Shown: positions 40,591 through 50,599 of the stretch, piece after piece
How the letters are laid out: every line of letters starts with the position of its first letter
Numbering within the stretch: the first letter of the stretch is position 1
Origin: Alphaproteobacteria bacterium
GTDB lineage: Bacteria; Myxococcota_A; UBA796; GCA-2862545
DNA: 64,000 nt
NCBI GenBank assembly: GCA_020632915.1
Contig: JACKEP010000023.1
Span: 1-64,000, forward strand
Direction of reading: 5' to 3'
Made by a program: the position numbers and the translations under genes
Notes under the pieces: model-generated
What the model saw: only the letters and a program-made list of their open reading frames with translations
The model's database searches: none
Told to the model about the DNA's origin: nothing

Positions 40591-41279
40591 GCGGCCGTCG
40601 CTGGATCGCCGTCGCCGTGCTCGTGCTGGTGGTGCTGCCCGTGCTCTGGGGTGCCAGCCCGCTCGGCCGGGTGGTGATCGGCGTCGTGCAGGCGGCCCAC
40701 GAGGCCGGTCCGTGGGGGGCCGTCGTGTTCGCTTTGGCGTTCGGCGTGGCCGCCGTGCTCGCCGTGCCCGCGTCGTTCGGGCAGATGACCGCCGGCTTCC
40801 TGTACGGCCCGGTCGCTGGCGTGCTCGTGTCGTGGGCGTGCTCGGTGGTCTTCGCGACGGTCGACTTCGTGCTCGCCCGCACGGTGCTGCAGCGGCGCGT
40901 GGTGGGCGGCTGGACCGACAGCGACCTGTGGCAGCGCCTCGACGGCCACCTCGCCACGCGCGGCTTGGGGTGGGTGGTGCTGCTGCGGCTGTCGCCGATG
41001 TCGCCGTTCCACGTGGTCAGCTACGCGCTCGGCTGCACGTCGGTGGGGCTGGTGCCGTTCGTGCTCGGCACGGCGGTGGGCGCCGTGCCGCCGGTGCTGC
41101 TCTACACCCTGCTCGGCGCGGGCATCACCGACCTCGCGCGGCTGGCCGAGGGGCAGGCACCCACGGGCTCGTCGCTGTACGTCGTGCTCGGGCTGACGCT
41201 CGTCGCCAGCGCCGGATTGTCGTGGCGGGTACGGCGTGCGCTCCAGGCGATCGCCGCGGATGCGACGCCGTCCGGCTGA
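40587..41279 (+). CDS. DedA/TVP38/TMEM64-family membrane protein
   Basis: Multi-TM protein with the VLLRLSPMSPFHVVSYALG signature. GTG start overlaps the HAD gene stop (GTGA). Confidence 0.7.
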   Translation: MSGRRWIAVAVLVLVVLPVLWGASPLGRVVIGVVQAAHEAGPWGAVVFALAFGVAAVLAVPASFGQMTAGFLYGPVAGVLVSWACSVVFATVDFVLARTVLQRRVVGGWTDSDLWQRLDGHLATRGLGWVVLLRLSPMSPFHVVSYALGCTSVGLVPFVLGTAVGAVPPVLLYTLLGAGITDLARLAEGQAPTGSSLYVVLGLTLVASAGLSWRVRRALQAIAADATPSG

Positions 41280-41308
41280 GGGTATGGGGCGCGCCCGGAG
41301 GTGTCTCG

Positions 41309-41911
41309 ATGGCGTTCGCGAAGCTGCTGGCCGACCCCCAGATCACCGTGCAGGCGCTCGGCGAGCACCTCGACGGCCTCGATCACGCCGGCCGCGCCGA
41401 GGCGTTCCTGTCGCTGTCGAAGGCCCAGCAGAAGCGCGTGTGGGATCTGGCCGCGTCGGCCGCGCCGATCACCATCGACCACTTCGTGCCCGCCAGCGTC
41501 GGCACCGAGCGCGAGGTCATCCACCACGGCCTCAACACGCTGCCTGCCTTCCGCCACTTCCAGAAGCGCTTCGCCCGCGCCGGCGACGGCTCCGAGCGCC
41601 TGTTCGGCTACAACGAGGGCAGCACGCGGCCGCTGATCGGCCCGGGCTACTTCGTCGCCCACACCACCGCCGGCAACCCCACCTGGGAGGAGCGCGGCGC
41701 CTGGGTCGTCGACTACTTCCAGGTCCCCGACGGCGGCGTGCCGTCCACGTGGCCGCCGATCAAGCGCAACGATCAGGGCCTGCAGGTGCTCGTCTACCAC
41801 AAGACCCGTGACTTCATGCGCAAGGTCAGCGCCCACTGCTCCATCGGCATGGCGTTCAAGGTCGAGAACAGCCTGAACAACTGGTTCGTGCTGGTCCGCG
41901 AGGACGCGTAG
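41309..41911 (+). CDS. hypothetical protein (200 aa)
   Basis: ATG with GGAG upstream. Diverse composition and good codon bias. No domain recognised. Confidence 0.5.
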   Translation: MAFAKLLADPQITVQALGEHLDGLDHAGRAEAFLSLSKAQQKRVWDLAASAAPITIDHFVPASVGTEREVIHHGLNTLPAFRHFQKRFARAGDGSERLFGYNEGSTRPLIGPGYFVAHTTAGNPTWEERGAWVVDYFQVPDGGVPSTWPPIKRNDQGLQVLVYHKTRDFMRKVSAHCSIGMAFKVENSLNNWFVLVREDA

Positions 41912-41977
41912 CGAGCGGTCACGTCGCCCGGCGGCCGCGCCGGCTCCGCGGTAGGGCCAGGGGACTGGAGGTGAGCG

Positions 41978-42403
41978 ATGGCCTCGACGCCCCCCGAGCT
42001 CGTGCCCGACCCGACGTCCCTGTCCGAAGACGACTGGAAGGCGCGCCTGACGCCCGACCAGTTCAGCGTGCTGCGCCGCCACGGCACCGAGCGCGCGTTC
42101 ACCGGCGCCCTGTGGGACGTGTTCCAGCCGGGCACCTACCACTGCGCGGCGTGCGGTCAGGCGCTGTTCCGGTCCGAGACCAAGTTCGACGCCGGCTGCG
42201 GCTGGCCGAGCTTCTTCCAGCCGCTGAGCGGCGACGCGGTCGCCGAGTCCGACGACTACAAGCTGATCGTGCACCGCACCGAGGTGCACTGCAGCCGCTG
42301 CGGTGGCCACCTGGGCCACGTCTTCGAGGACGGGCCGCCGCCCACCGGGCTGCGGTACTGCATGAACTCGGTGTCGATGCAGTTCGTCCCCGACGAGCGG
42401 TAG
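41978..42403 (+). CDS. msrB: peptide-methionine (R)-S-oxide reductase
   Basis: SelR/MsrB motifs [26 protein letters not shown] and [16 protein letters not shown]. Confidence 0.9.
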   Translation: MASTPPELVPDPTSLSEDDWKARLTPDQFSVLRRHGTERAFTGALWDVFQPGTYHCAACGQALFRSETKFDAGCGWPSFFQPLSGDAVAESDDYKLIVHRTEVHCSRCGGHLGHVFEDGPPPTGLRYCMNSVSMQFVPDER

Positions 42404-42431
42404 AACGGGTGTCCCCAGGGCGGAGGTCGTC

Positions 42432-43436
42432 GTGAAGCAGATCTGGATCCCGAAGACGGGCGAGCCGTCGGTGCTCGACGTGCGCGAGGCGCCCGACCCG
42501 GTGCCCGGCCCCGGCCAGGTGCGCATCGCCGTCGCCGCCGCGGGGGTCAACTTCGCCGACGTGATGGCCCGCATGGGGCTTTACCAGGACGCGCCGCCGC
42601 TGCCGTGTGTGGTCGGCTACGAGGTGTCCGGCACCATCGACGCCGTCGGCGACGGGGTCGACGCCGGTCGGGTCGGCGATCGCGTCGTCGCGATGACCCG
42701 GTTCGGCGGCTACAGCACGGCCGTCGTGGTCGACGCGGTCAACGCCATCCCGCTGCCCGACGCCATCGACTTCGCCACCGGCGCCGCCATCCCGGTCAAC
42801 GGGCTCACCGCGTGGATGATCCTCGACGTCATGGGCCGCGTGCGCGAGGGCGACCGCGTGCTCGTCCACTCCGCGGGCGGCGGCGTGGGCCTGATGGCGC
42901 TCGACCTGATCCTCGAGGCCGGCGCCACCGCCGTGGGCACGGCGTCGGGTCACAAGCACGACTGGCTGCGCGAGCGCGGCTTCCACGAGCTCGTCGACTA
43001 CACGCAGGTCGACTTCGAGGAGGCCCTGGCCGACGGACCGGGCTTCGACCTGATCCTCGACCCCATCGGCGGCGAGAGCTGGGCCAAGGGCCTGCGCCTG
43101 CTTCGTGCCGGCGGACGTCTGGCGATGTTCGGCATGTCGGCGAGCACCCAGGGCGGCGCGTTCTCGTTCGTGCGCACCGCGCTCAAGATCCCGTTCCTGC
43201 AGCTGGTGCCGCCCGCGATCATCAACGCCAACAAGGGCGCGTTCGGGGTGAACATGGGCCGCCTGTGGGACGACGGTGACCGGGTCCGCGTGTGGATGGA
43301 CGCCCTGCTCGAGCGCGTCGTCGACGGCCGGCTGCGCCCGGTGGTGCACGCCCAGGTGCCATTCGACACCCCGGCCGAGGCCCACGCGATCCTCCACCGG
43401 CGCGAGAACATCGGCAAGGTCGTGCTCGTCACCTGA
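42432..43436 (+). CDS. NADPH:quinone oxidoreductase / zinc-binding alcohol dehydrogenase (MDR) family
   Basis: Qor-like motifs GQVRIAVAAAGVNFADV, GYEVSGTI, and the Rossmann loop VHSAGGGVG. Confidence 0.85.
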   Translation: MKQIWIPKTGEPSVLDVREAPDPVPGPGQVRIAVAAAGVNFADVMARMGLYQDAPPLPCVVGYEVSGTIDAVGDGVDAGRVGDRVVAMTRFGGYSTAVVVDAVNAIPLPDAIDFATGAAIPVNGLTAWMILDVMGRVREGDRVLVHSAGGGVGLMALDLILEAGATAVGTASGHKHDWLRERGFHELVDYTQVDFEEALADGPGFDLILDPIGGESWAKGLRLLRAGGRLAMFGMSASTQGGAFSFVRTALKIPFLQLVPPAIINANKGAFGVNMGRLWDDGDRVRVWMDALLERVVDGRLRPVVHAQVPFDTPAEAHAILHRRENIGKVVLVT

Positions 43437-43448
43437 GCCGGCCGCGGC

Positions 43449-43916
43449 TCAGAGCGCCGTCAGCGTCAGCTTCTCCTCGGTGCGTGGGCCCGCGACGGCA
43501 AAGCGTGCGTCGCGGAACTTCGGGGGTCCGAAGCGGCCCTTCGCGTCGCGGCTCGCCCCGATCGGCTCGGTGGGGATGGGGAAGATGGGGCGCGTGTCGA
43601 GGTCGCCGTTGCCGTTGACGTCGTGGACCACGACGGCGGCGTACGTCCCGTCCGGCACGTCGAGGAAGGTGAGGGTGGTGACCGGCACGACCGGCGCCAC
43701 CACGTCCTTGAGCACCGCGGCGTCGGGACGTGTGGGGTAGGCGTCGGCGTGGGCGGCGTCGTACAGGGCCACGAGCAGCTGGCCGTCGGTGGTGGCCACG
43801 CCGTGCACCTGCACCACGAGCGTGCCGGCCCAGGCGGGCGCGGATCCGAGCCCGGCGGTGAGCAGCCATGCGGTGGCGACCTGGGTGCGCACGTGTCCTC
43901 CCCGTGCTGCTGGCAT
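43449..43916 (-). CDS. DUF2141-family secreted protein
   Basis: Signal peptide, then the typical DUF2141 C-terminus HDVNGNGDLDTRPIFPIPTEPIGASRDAKGRFGPPKFRDARF. Start coordinate is approximate (43916 or 43917). Confidence 0.6.
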   Translation of the reverse strand: MPAARGGHVRTQVATAWLLTAGLGSAPAWAGTLVVQVHGVATTDGQLLVALYDAAHADAYPTRPDAAVLKDVVAPVVPVTTLTFLDVPDGTYAAVVVHDVNGNGDLDTRPIFPIPTEPIGASRDAKGRFGPPKFRDARFAVAGPRTEEKLTLTAL

Positions 43917-43962
43917 ACGTCGGCCGCGCACCACGGGGCGTCCCGGGTGGTCCGGAGCTGTC

Positions 43963-44946
43963 ATGGCCGCGCGCATCACGGGGGTGCCCACCACGATCGT
44001 GACGGGCTTCCTGGGGGTCGGCAAGACCACGGCCATCCTCGACCTGTTCCGCCACCGTCCCGCCGGTGAGCGCTGGGCCGTCCTGGTCAACGAGTTCGGC
44101 GAGGTCGGCATCGACGGCGCCCTGCTGGAGGGGGACGCCGGCACCGTGGTCCGCGAGATCCCGGGCGGGTGCATCTGCTGCTCGTCCGGTGTGCAGCTCC
44201 AGGTCGACCTGACACGTCTGCTCGCCGAGCAGCGGCCGGATCGGCTGATCATCGAGCCGACGGGGCTGGCGTCGCCCGCGTCGATCCTCGACCTGCTCCG
44301 GCGGCCCTGGTTCGCCGAGCCCATCGCGGTGCGTGCCGTGATCACGCTGGTGGAGCCGCGTCGCTTCCTGATGCCCGACCACCTCCAGGACGACACGTTC
44401 CTGTCCCAGGTCGAGGTGGCCGACGTGCTCGTCGCGAACAAGACCGACCTGTCGTTCCCCGAGCAGCTCGAGGCCTTCGATCGCAAGGCGGCGGCGCTGT
44501 GGCCGCCCAAGCTCGTGGTGGCCCACACCACCCACGGGCAGCTCGACCCGGCGTGGCTCGACCTCGACCCGTCCCCGGCGCGTCAGGCCGCGATCGCCGT
44601 CGACCCCCACCTCGACGACGACCACGACCACCACCACCACCACGCCGCGGCGGCGTCGAAGGGCTGGGTGTTCCCGCCGGACGTCGTGTTCGACTGGGAG
44701 CGCCTGCGCGACGCCCTGCAGGATCTGGCGGCCCCGGGCGACGCGCTCCCCGAGGGGGTGCTGCGGATCAAGGGCGTGTTCCACAGCACCGCGGCGTGGG
44801 TGCTCGTGCAGGGCGACGACACGCGGCTGGCGTTCTCGCCGGTGCAGTACCGGCGCGACAGCCGCGTGGAGATCCTGGCGCCCGTCACACCGCCGCCCGA
44901 CTGGGAGGCGGTGGCGACGAGGCTGCACGCCGCCATCGTCGGCTGA
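43963..44946 (+). CDS. COG0523 (CobW/ZigA-like) GTPase metallochaperone with His-rich segment
   Basis: P-loop GFLGVGKTT, metal-binding GCICC, NKTD, and a poly-His stretch DDDHDHHHHH. Divergent from the DUF2141 gene. Confidence 0.85.
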   Translation: MAARITGVPTTIVTGFLGVGKTTAILDLFRHRPAGERWAVLVNEFGEVGIDGALLEGDAGTVVREIPGGCICCSSGVQLQVDLTRLLAEQRPDRLIIEPTGLASPASILDLLRRPWFAEPIAVRAVITLVEPRRFLMPDHLQDDTFLSQVEVADVLVANKTDLSFPEQLEAFDRKAAALWPPKLVVAHTTHGQLDPAWLDLDPSPARQAAIAVDPHLDDDHDHHHHHAAAASKGWVFPPDVVFDWERLRDALQDLAAPGDALPEGVLRIKGVFHSTAAWVLVQGDDTRLAFSPVQYRRDSRVEILAPVTPPPDWEAVATRLHAAIVG

Positions 44947-44973
44947 CGGCAGCGCGCGGCCTCGACAGCGGGG

Positions 44974-47340
44974 TCACTGCACCGCGATGCCCATCCAGGC
45001 GAAGTCCTGCGGCGAGCCGTTGACCAGCGGCGAGTTCTGGTCGAGGTAGAGCGTCGACCCCCAGAACCGGAACGACGTGCCCGTCCAGAACACCACGGCA
45101 CCCGACTGGTCGTAGGTGGTGCCCCCGACGGTGACGTCGCGACCGGCCATCCCGCCGATGATGTCGTCGTAGCCGTCGGCGTTCATGTCGCAGGCGCTCA
45201 CGCCCGTGCCGAGCCAGAGCTGGTCCTGGTAGGTGCCCAGGTTCACCTCGCTCTGGCCGAGGCGGTAGGAGCCGGTGGCGCCCGACAGCAGGCCCGTGGG
45301 GCTGCCGAACTGCACGGTGACGAGGCCGGCCTGGTAGTTGGTCTCGGTCTCGTAGGGGGCGCCCGCGATCAGGTCGTCGTAGCCGTCGCCGTCGAAGTCG
45401 CCTGCGGCGACCGCGTAGCCCCACAGGTCGCCGGCCTCGGCCGGCTGGCCCGACAGCGCGTTGGTCTGGCTGAACACCTGGTTGCGGTTGACGTTGAGGC
45501 CCGTGCTGCTGCCGTACAGGACGGTGATGCCGCCCTCGTTGCTGTTCTCGCCGTAGGCACCGACGGCCACGTCGGCGTAGCCGTCCCCGTCCCAGTCGCC
45601 GACCGTGACGGCGGCGCCGAACAGGTCGCCTGCCTCGGACACCGCGGGGATCGCGGCGTTGTTCTGGAAGATGACCTGCGAGCCGGTGTCGTGCAGGCCG
45701 TCGAGGCCGCCGAACAGCACCACGATGGCGCCGGCGTCGGCGGCGGTGCCGATGTCTTCGGTGGGCGCGCCGATGACGATGTCGTCGTAGCCGTCGCCGT
45801 TGATGTCGCCGGCGGCGAGGGCGGCGCCCATGCCGTCGCCGTCCTCCGGGCTGGCCGCGGTGACGCCCGGGGAGGCCTGGGAGAACACGACGGACGAGAA
45901 GGGGTCGAGGCCGGTGAGCGAGCCGTAGACCACCATGATGCCGCCGCCGGACGTGGTGGCGGTGTCGGCGAAGGCGGGCATGCCCACCACGAGGTCGGCG
46001 TAGCCGTCGGCGTTGAAGTCCCCGACCGCGAGGGCGTCGCCCAGCCGCGGGTGCTGCCCGTTGCCCACCGCGTACAGGCCGGAGTTGGCCATGATGTAGG
46101 TGGGGCTGCCGGCGTTCAGGCCGAACGACGTGCCGTCGAGCACGTCGACCCAGCCGTTGGGGCCGCTGCCGGAGGGGTCGTCGCCGGGCGCGCCGATGGC
46201 GACGTCGGCGTAGCCGTCGTCGTCGAAGTCGCCGATGGCGATGGCGTCGCCGTACAGGTCGTCCTGGCTCGACGGGCTGTTGGTGCCGTAGAAGGTGTTG
46301 GCCGACGTGTTCTCGGTGAACTCGGTGCCCGCACGCGACGCCGTCGTCGACAGGGTGGTCCCGCCGTAGAACACGTTCATCGTGCCGGCGTTGTCGTAGA
46401 TGCTGACGTGCGCGTGCGAGGCGCCGACGACGGCGTCGTCGAAGCCGTCACCGTCGATGTCGCGCATGCGGCGCTGGCGCGTGGGCGGGTAGGTGGCGAC
46501 CACCGTGGTGGTCACGCCCGGCGTGCTGCCGTCCTCGGCGTCCTGCATCAGGCCCAGGTACAGGATGTCGCGCGCCGACGGCGTGTACGTGATCGTCGCC
46601 GTGGTGGAGTCGATCACCCGGGACGTGATGCGGACGAACGAGCTGCCCACCCAGTGCCACAGCTCGGCGCGCGTGGCGCCCTCGCCGGCCGTCGACGTGA
46701 TCTGGAACGTGGCCGTCGCGCCGCCGGGGGTGTCCAGGTAGTACCAGTCGTCGTCGCCCCAGCAGAGCGTCTTGCCGATCGGCACGGTGCGCCGCAGCTC
46801 GGTGCCGACGTTCCAGTCGTCGTCGTTCTCGTAGCCGTCGGCGAAGCAGCGGGTGGACGTGCGCGACACGGCGTTGGACGCGTAGGAGTTGCCGGCACCG
46901 GCGCGGGTGCGGCCGACGGCCTGGAAGCCGGCGACGGTGCCCGCGCGCACGCTGTTGGGGGCGATCACGCTGTAGGTGGCGTTGCCGCTGGCGTTGGCGA
47001 TCACCGGCTGGCCGGGCAGGGGGCCGACCGGCGGCAGGATGCCCAGCTGCAGACCGCCGAAGAACGGCACGGTGGGACCGGCGCCCACACCGCCCAGGCC
47101 GTAGGCGAAGTAGACGGGGTCGCCCGGGTTGGCGCCGGTGACCGACAGGTTGAGCGGCTGGCCCGGCGACAGGGTGCCGACGGTCAGCGTCATCGGCGGA
47201 GGGAGCAGGTCGTCGGGCAGGGCGGTCGGCAGGTCGAAGTCGGCGTCGACGGCGAGGGACGGATCGGCGCCGTCGAGGACGCCGTCCTCGGCGACAGGAG
47301 CGCACGCCCCGAGCAGGGCGAGCACGAACAGGCGCTTCAT
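44974..47340 (-). CDS. FG-GAP repeat (integrin-alpha-like beta-propeller) lipoprotein with PPC-like domain
   Basis: ATG at 47340. Lipobox MKRLFVLALLGACAP. PPC-like CFADGYENDDDWNVG...DDDWYYL. At least 8 FG-GAP-type repeats of the form GDFDGDGYDDL..GAP. Confidence 0.8.
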   Translation of the reverse strand: MKRLFVLALLGACAPVAEDGVLDGADPSLAVDADFDLPTALPDDLLPPPMTLTVGTLSPGQPLNLSVTGANPGDPVYFAYGLGGVGAGPTVPFFGGLQLGILPPVGPLPGQPVIANASGNATYSVIAPNSVRAGTVAGFQAVGRTRAGAGNSYASNAVSRTSTRCFADGYENDDDWNVGTELRRTVPIGKTLCWGDDDWYYLDTPGGATATFQITSTAGEGATRAELWHWVGSSFVRITSRVIDSTTATITYTPSARDILYLGLMQDAEDGSTPGVTTTVVATYPPTRQRRMRDIDGDGFDDAVVGASHAHVSIYDNAGTMNVFYGGTTLSTTASRAGTEFTENTSANTFYGTNSPSSQDDLYGDAIAIGDFDDDGYADVAIGAPGDDPSGSGPNGWVDVLDGTSFGLNAGSPTYIMANSGLYAVGNGQHPRLGDALAVGDFNADGYADLVVGMPAFADTATTSGGGIMVVYGSLTGLDPFSSVVFSQASPGVTAASPEDGDGMGAALAAGDINGDGYDDIVIGAPTEDIGTAADAGAIVVLFGGLDGLHDTGSQVIFQNNAAIPAVSEAGDLFGAAVTVGDWDGDGYADVAVGAYGENSNEGGITVLYGSSTGLNVNRNQVFSQTNALSGQPAEAGDLWGYAVAAGDFDGDGYDDLIAGAPYETETNYQAGLVTVQFGSPTGLLSGATGSYRLGQSEVNLGTYQDQLWLGTGVSACDMNADGYDDIIGGMAGRDVTVGGTTYDQSGAVVFWTGTSFRFWGSTLYLDQNSPLVNGSPQDFAWMGIAVQ

Positions 47341-47511
47341 GGCGGACTCCACGTCGGTGCCGGACGCGGGCACCGCAGACGGCGATCCGCTAGCGCACGC
47401 CCTGGCGGTGGGCACGTCGCCATCGCTGGATCGACCGTACCTTCACCGCGTCGGGTGTCCGGTGAGGCGGGGCACGCGTCAGGAGTGGAGCGTCAGGGGG
47501 CGGGGGATGGG

Positions 47512-49704
47512 TCAGGGGGCGGGCGCCGCGTCGGGCGCGGGCGCGGCCTCCGCTGCCGGCTCGGGCGGGCTCGGCTTGAGCCCGTCGAGCACCTCCGGGT
47601 TCATCGCGAGCCACGCGCCCAGCCCGAGCAGGGCCAGCACGACGACCACGACGATGACCCGGGTCCGCTTCTGCGCAGCCGTCAGCCGCCGCACCGCGCC
47701 CTTGGGCAGGCCCGGACGGATGGTGAACTGGCTGCCCAGGGCGAACGTCAGCGTCATGCGCGCGTTGAGCGCCCAGCCGCAGGCCTCCAGCAGCGTGCCG
47801 ATGTCGCGGCGACGCAGCTTGAGCCACCCCAGGAAGCCCGACACCGCCATCAGCAGCAGGATGACGGCCGCGAGGCCGCCGAACAGCGTGAGCGGGTCGA
47901 TGTTGGCGAGCGTCTGCGCGATGAACGCCAGCGTGGACCCGATCGCCGCCACGGCGATGGAGCCGCCGATCAGCAGCGTCTGCATGTTCATGCCGCCGCC
48001 GCCGTCGTCCTTGGCGGGCGCCGCCGCGGGCACGGTGGTGGCCTTGTCGGTGCCCGCGGCTGCCTCGGCCTCCAGGGCCGTCGCCTTGCTGCCGGCGAAC
48101 TGGGAGATCCGGTCGGCGACCATGTCGCGCAGGCGCGTGAACGGCGCGATCATCGCCTCCCACACGCTGATCGGCTGGGTGATGAGGTCGACGACGATCG
48201 CGTCCCACTCGGCGCCGTCGCGGTCGTAGAACACGCCGCGCTTGCCCAGCGCGATGCCGCCGCGGGTGCCCGCGGTGACGCCGGCGGCGATCTTGCCGGT
48301 CTTGACGGTGCCGGCGTCGTTGCGGACGAGGTCGACGTAGGCCACGAACACGAGGCTGTCGGTGGCGATCTTCTTGTGGCCGGCGGCGTCCTCGACCTTG
48401 TGGCAGAGCGTGAGCTTGCGGCCGTCGAGCACCAGGGTGCCGGCCTCGAACAGCGAGCGCTTGTCGGGGTCGAACAGGTCGATGAAGCTGACCATGTTGC
48501 GGGCGACTTCAGCGAGCCACCGCTGGTAGACGATCAGCTTCTCGAGGTCGGCGAAGGCCTTGAGCTCGTCGGCCACGGCCAGGTCGGCGGTGATGCGCTC
48601 CCGCAGGCCACCCACCGCGTCGCTGGCGGCCAGCGCCTGCAGGGCGGCGGGATCGGCGTCGGCGGCGATGCCGGCGGGGCGCGCGGCCTGCCAGGCGAGC
48701 CAGGGCTGGACGAAGCCCATCAGGGTGGACCAGTCGCCCGCGTCGAGGGCGGTGACGGTGTCCTTGCCCAGTGCCTTCGGGGCGACGTCGCGGGCGAGCG
48801 CCTCCAGGTCGGCGCGGAACGTGGGGTTGAGGCGTCCGGTCAGGTCGAGGGTGGCGTCGGCGCGCGGCTCGGCAAGCGGGGCGTCGGCGAGCCAGGCGCC
48901 GATGGCGGCCGGGTCGCGCACATCCAGCGCCGCGAGCTCCTCGGCGGAGGTGCGCAGGCGCTCGTCGGCGGCGGAGGCCGCGGCCACGAGGGCGCACTGC
49001 GCGAAGTACTGGGTCATCTTCGGGGCGAGGCGCTGGACGAGCGCGGCGGCGGCTGCCGTGCCGTCACCCAGCGGCAGGACGGAGGCGGCGTCGTCGACGG
49101 CGCGGGCGTGCCACGCGGCGTAGTCGGCCACCCGCTGGGCCCACGTGTCGAGCGTGGCTGTGTCGGTGCCGGCCGCGCCGCTGACGTCGGTGGCGCCGCC
49201 GGTGACGGCGACCACCGCCTCGACGAGCGCCTTGATGCCGTCGTCGCCGGCGTGATCGGGGATGATCACGCCGTCGCCGTTGGGGAAGCTCTTGGCGTAG
49301 GCGGCGCGGGCGCCCCGCAGCGTGACGAGCGGCAGCAGTCCGGGCGTGCCGCCGGCCTGGGCGATCACGTGCTCGGCCAGGGCCTTCATGCGGGTGGCGT
49401 CGGCGTTGGTGGTGTCGAGGTCGGCGAGCGCGAGCTCGTCGCTGCCCTGGATCACCCGCTCGCGGTTGGCGAGGCGCTGCCACGTCCACGCCTGGGCGGC
49501 ACGCAGCTCCAGCACGCGGAGGCGGCCGTTGGCGTCGCTGTCGACGTACCCGAGGAACGCGGGGTCGCAGTACAGCTGGGAGGTCGGCACGCTCGTCGCG
49601 GCCCACCGCGCCTTGTCGAGTGTGGCGAGGTGCTCCAGATCCTCGGTGTTGGCCAGGCGCATCTGATCGACGCCGCCCAGACTGTTGAACTCCCACGAGG
49701 CCAT
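47512..49704 (-). CDS. large uncharacterised protein (730 aa) with C-terminal polytopic membrane region
   Basis: Strong RBS AAGGGAGGG 4 nt upstream of the ATG. Diverse composition (W, F, Y, K, N, M). 3-4 C-terminal TM helices (LLIGGSIAVAAIGSTLAFIA, FGGLAAVILLLMAVSGFLGW, VIVVVVVLALLGLGAWLA). No known domain recognised. Confidence 0.65.
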   Translation of the reverse strand: MASWEFNSLGGVDQMRLANTEDLEHLATLDKARWAATSVPTSQLYCDPAFLGYVDSDANGRLRVLELRAAQAWTWQRLANRERVIQGSDELALADLDTTNADATRMKALAEHVIAQAGGTPGLLPLVTLRGARAAYAKSFPNGDGVIIPDHAGDDGIKALVEAVVAVTGGATDVSGAAGTDTATLDTWAQRVADYAAWHARAVDDAASVLPLGDGTAAAAALVQRLAPKMTQYFAQCALVAAASAADERLRTSAEELAALDVRDPAAIGAWLADAPLAEPRADATLDLTGRLNPTFRADLEALARDVAPKALGKDTVTALDAGDWSTLMGFVQPWLAWQAARPAGIAADADPAALQALAASDAVGGLRERITADLAVADELKAFADLEKLIVYQRWLAEVARNMVSFIDLFDPDKRSLFEAGTLVLDGRKLTLCHKVEDAAGHKKIATDSLVFVAYVDLVRNDAGTVKTGKIAAGVTAGTRGGIALGKRGVFYDRDGAEWDAIVVDLITQPISVWEAMIAPFTRLRDMVADRISQFAGSKATALEAEAAAGTDKATTVPAAAPAKDDGGGGMNMQTLLIGGSIAVAAIGSTLAFIAQTLANIDPLTLFGGLAAVILLLMAVSGFLGWLKLRRRDIGTLLEACGWALNARMTLTFALGSQFTIRPGLPKGAVRRLTAAQKRTRVIVVVVVLALLGLGAWLAMNPEVLDGLKPSPPEPAAEAAPAPDAAPAP

Positions 49705-49826
49705 GGCTCCCTCCCTTCGTGCAGCCGGGCCGACGATAAGCGATGCGGCCGCGCGGCGGGGACGAGGACGCGTTCAGGATCAGGGAGGTGTAAGTTCCGC
49801 GCGAATCGTCGGCGTACCCGACGGCG

Positions 49827-50486
49827 TCACCGGTTCTGCAGTCCGGCCGGCAGGTCGTCGCGAATCTCAGCCTTGAGGCGCTCCAGGCCGTCCTCGCCGA
49901 GCACCGCGGCGAGCCGGTCCTGGGCGTCGTTGCGGACGTCGAGGGCGCGCTGCCGGGCCTGGCCCACGTTGACCTGGCCGGCCTTGAGCTCCTCCCACAG
50001 GCCCACCATCGCGGTCGTGGTCTCCTCGAACACGCTGGCGACCTCGTCGTAGGTCTCCGGGTCCCAGTCCTCCTTGACGGCCATCGTGTCGGCCGCGTCG
50101 TACAGGTGGGACAGCACGTTGGCGCCGGGCACCGGGGGCACCCGCGCCTTGGCGTTGGCGCCCGGGCCGGGACGTCGACCGCCGTCGGCGCTGCCGTCGT
50201 TGCCCGCAGGCGCCGGACCGGGTCCGCCGCCGCGGTTGCCCCCACCGCCGTTGCGGGCAGGCGGTGCCGGGGTGGACGGCCGATCGAACATGTCGGGCGG
50301 CAGCGGCGTGGCTGCCTGGAGCTTGGCGGCCTCGGCCATCATCCGGGCGCGGACCTCCATCTCGTCAACCCTGAGGGTGAGCTCACGGACCGACCGCCCG
50401 GCGCGCTGCGCCGACCACGCCGTGAACCCGGTGACGACGACCAGGACGACGAGGACGAGGCGCTCGATGCGGCGCGACCAGGACAT
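49827..50486 (-). CDS. small membrane-anchored protein with Gly/Pro-rich disordered segment (hypothetical)
   Basis: N-terminal TM LVLVVLVVVTGFTAWSA, low-complexity NGGGGNRGGGPGPAPAG, and a helical C-terminal domain. Same strand and immediately upstream of the 730-aa gene. Confidence 0.5.
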   Translation of the reverse strand: MSWSRRIERLVLVVLVVVTGFTAWSAQRAGRSVRELTLRVDEMEVRARMMAEAAKLQAATPLPPDMFDRPSTPAPPARNGGGGNRGGGPGPAPAGNDGSADGGRRPGPGANAKARVPPVPGANVLSHLYDAADTMAVKEDWDPETYDEVASVFEETTTAMVGLWEELKAGQVNVGQARQRALDVRNDAQDRLAAVLGEDGLERLKAEIRDDLPAGLQNR

Positions 50487-50599
50487 GCAGGCTCCGGAGC
50501 GATCCGGGCGCAACGTAGCGCGACGGGCGTAGGTCCGCGCGTGCGCCCGGGTGTCCGTCGGGTGTCGGTCGCGGGCCGGGGTTACCGGCGCAGGGAGGG

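Noticed and set aside
45691-50052. 1,453-aa plus-strand ORF
   Set aside because: It is antisense to the FG-GAP lipoprotein and the two membrane-module genes, which have domain signatures, a strong RBS and native codon usage. Its composition is G/A/V/D/R low-complexity.
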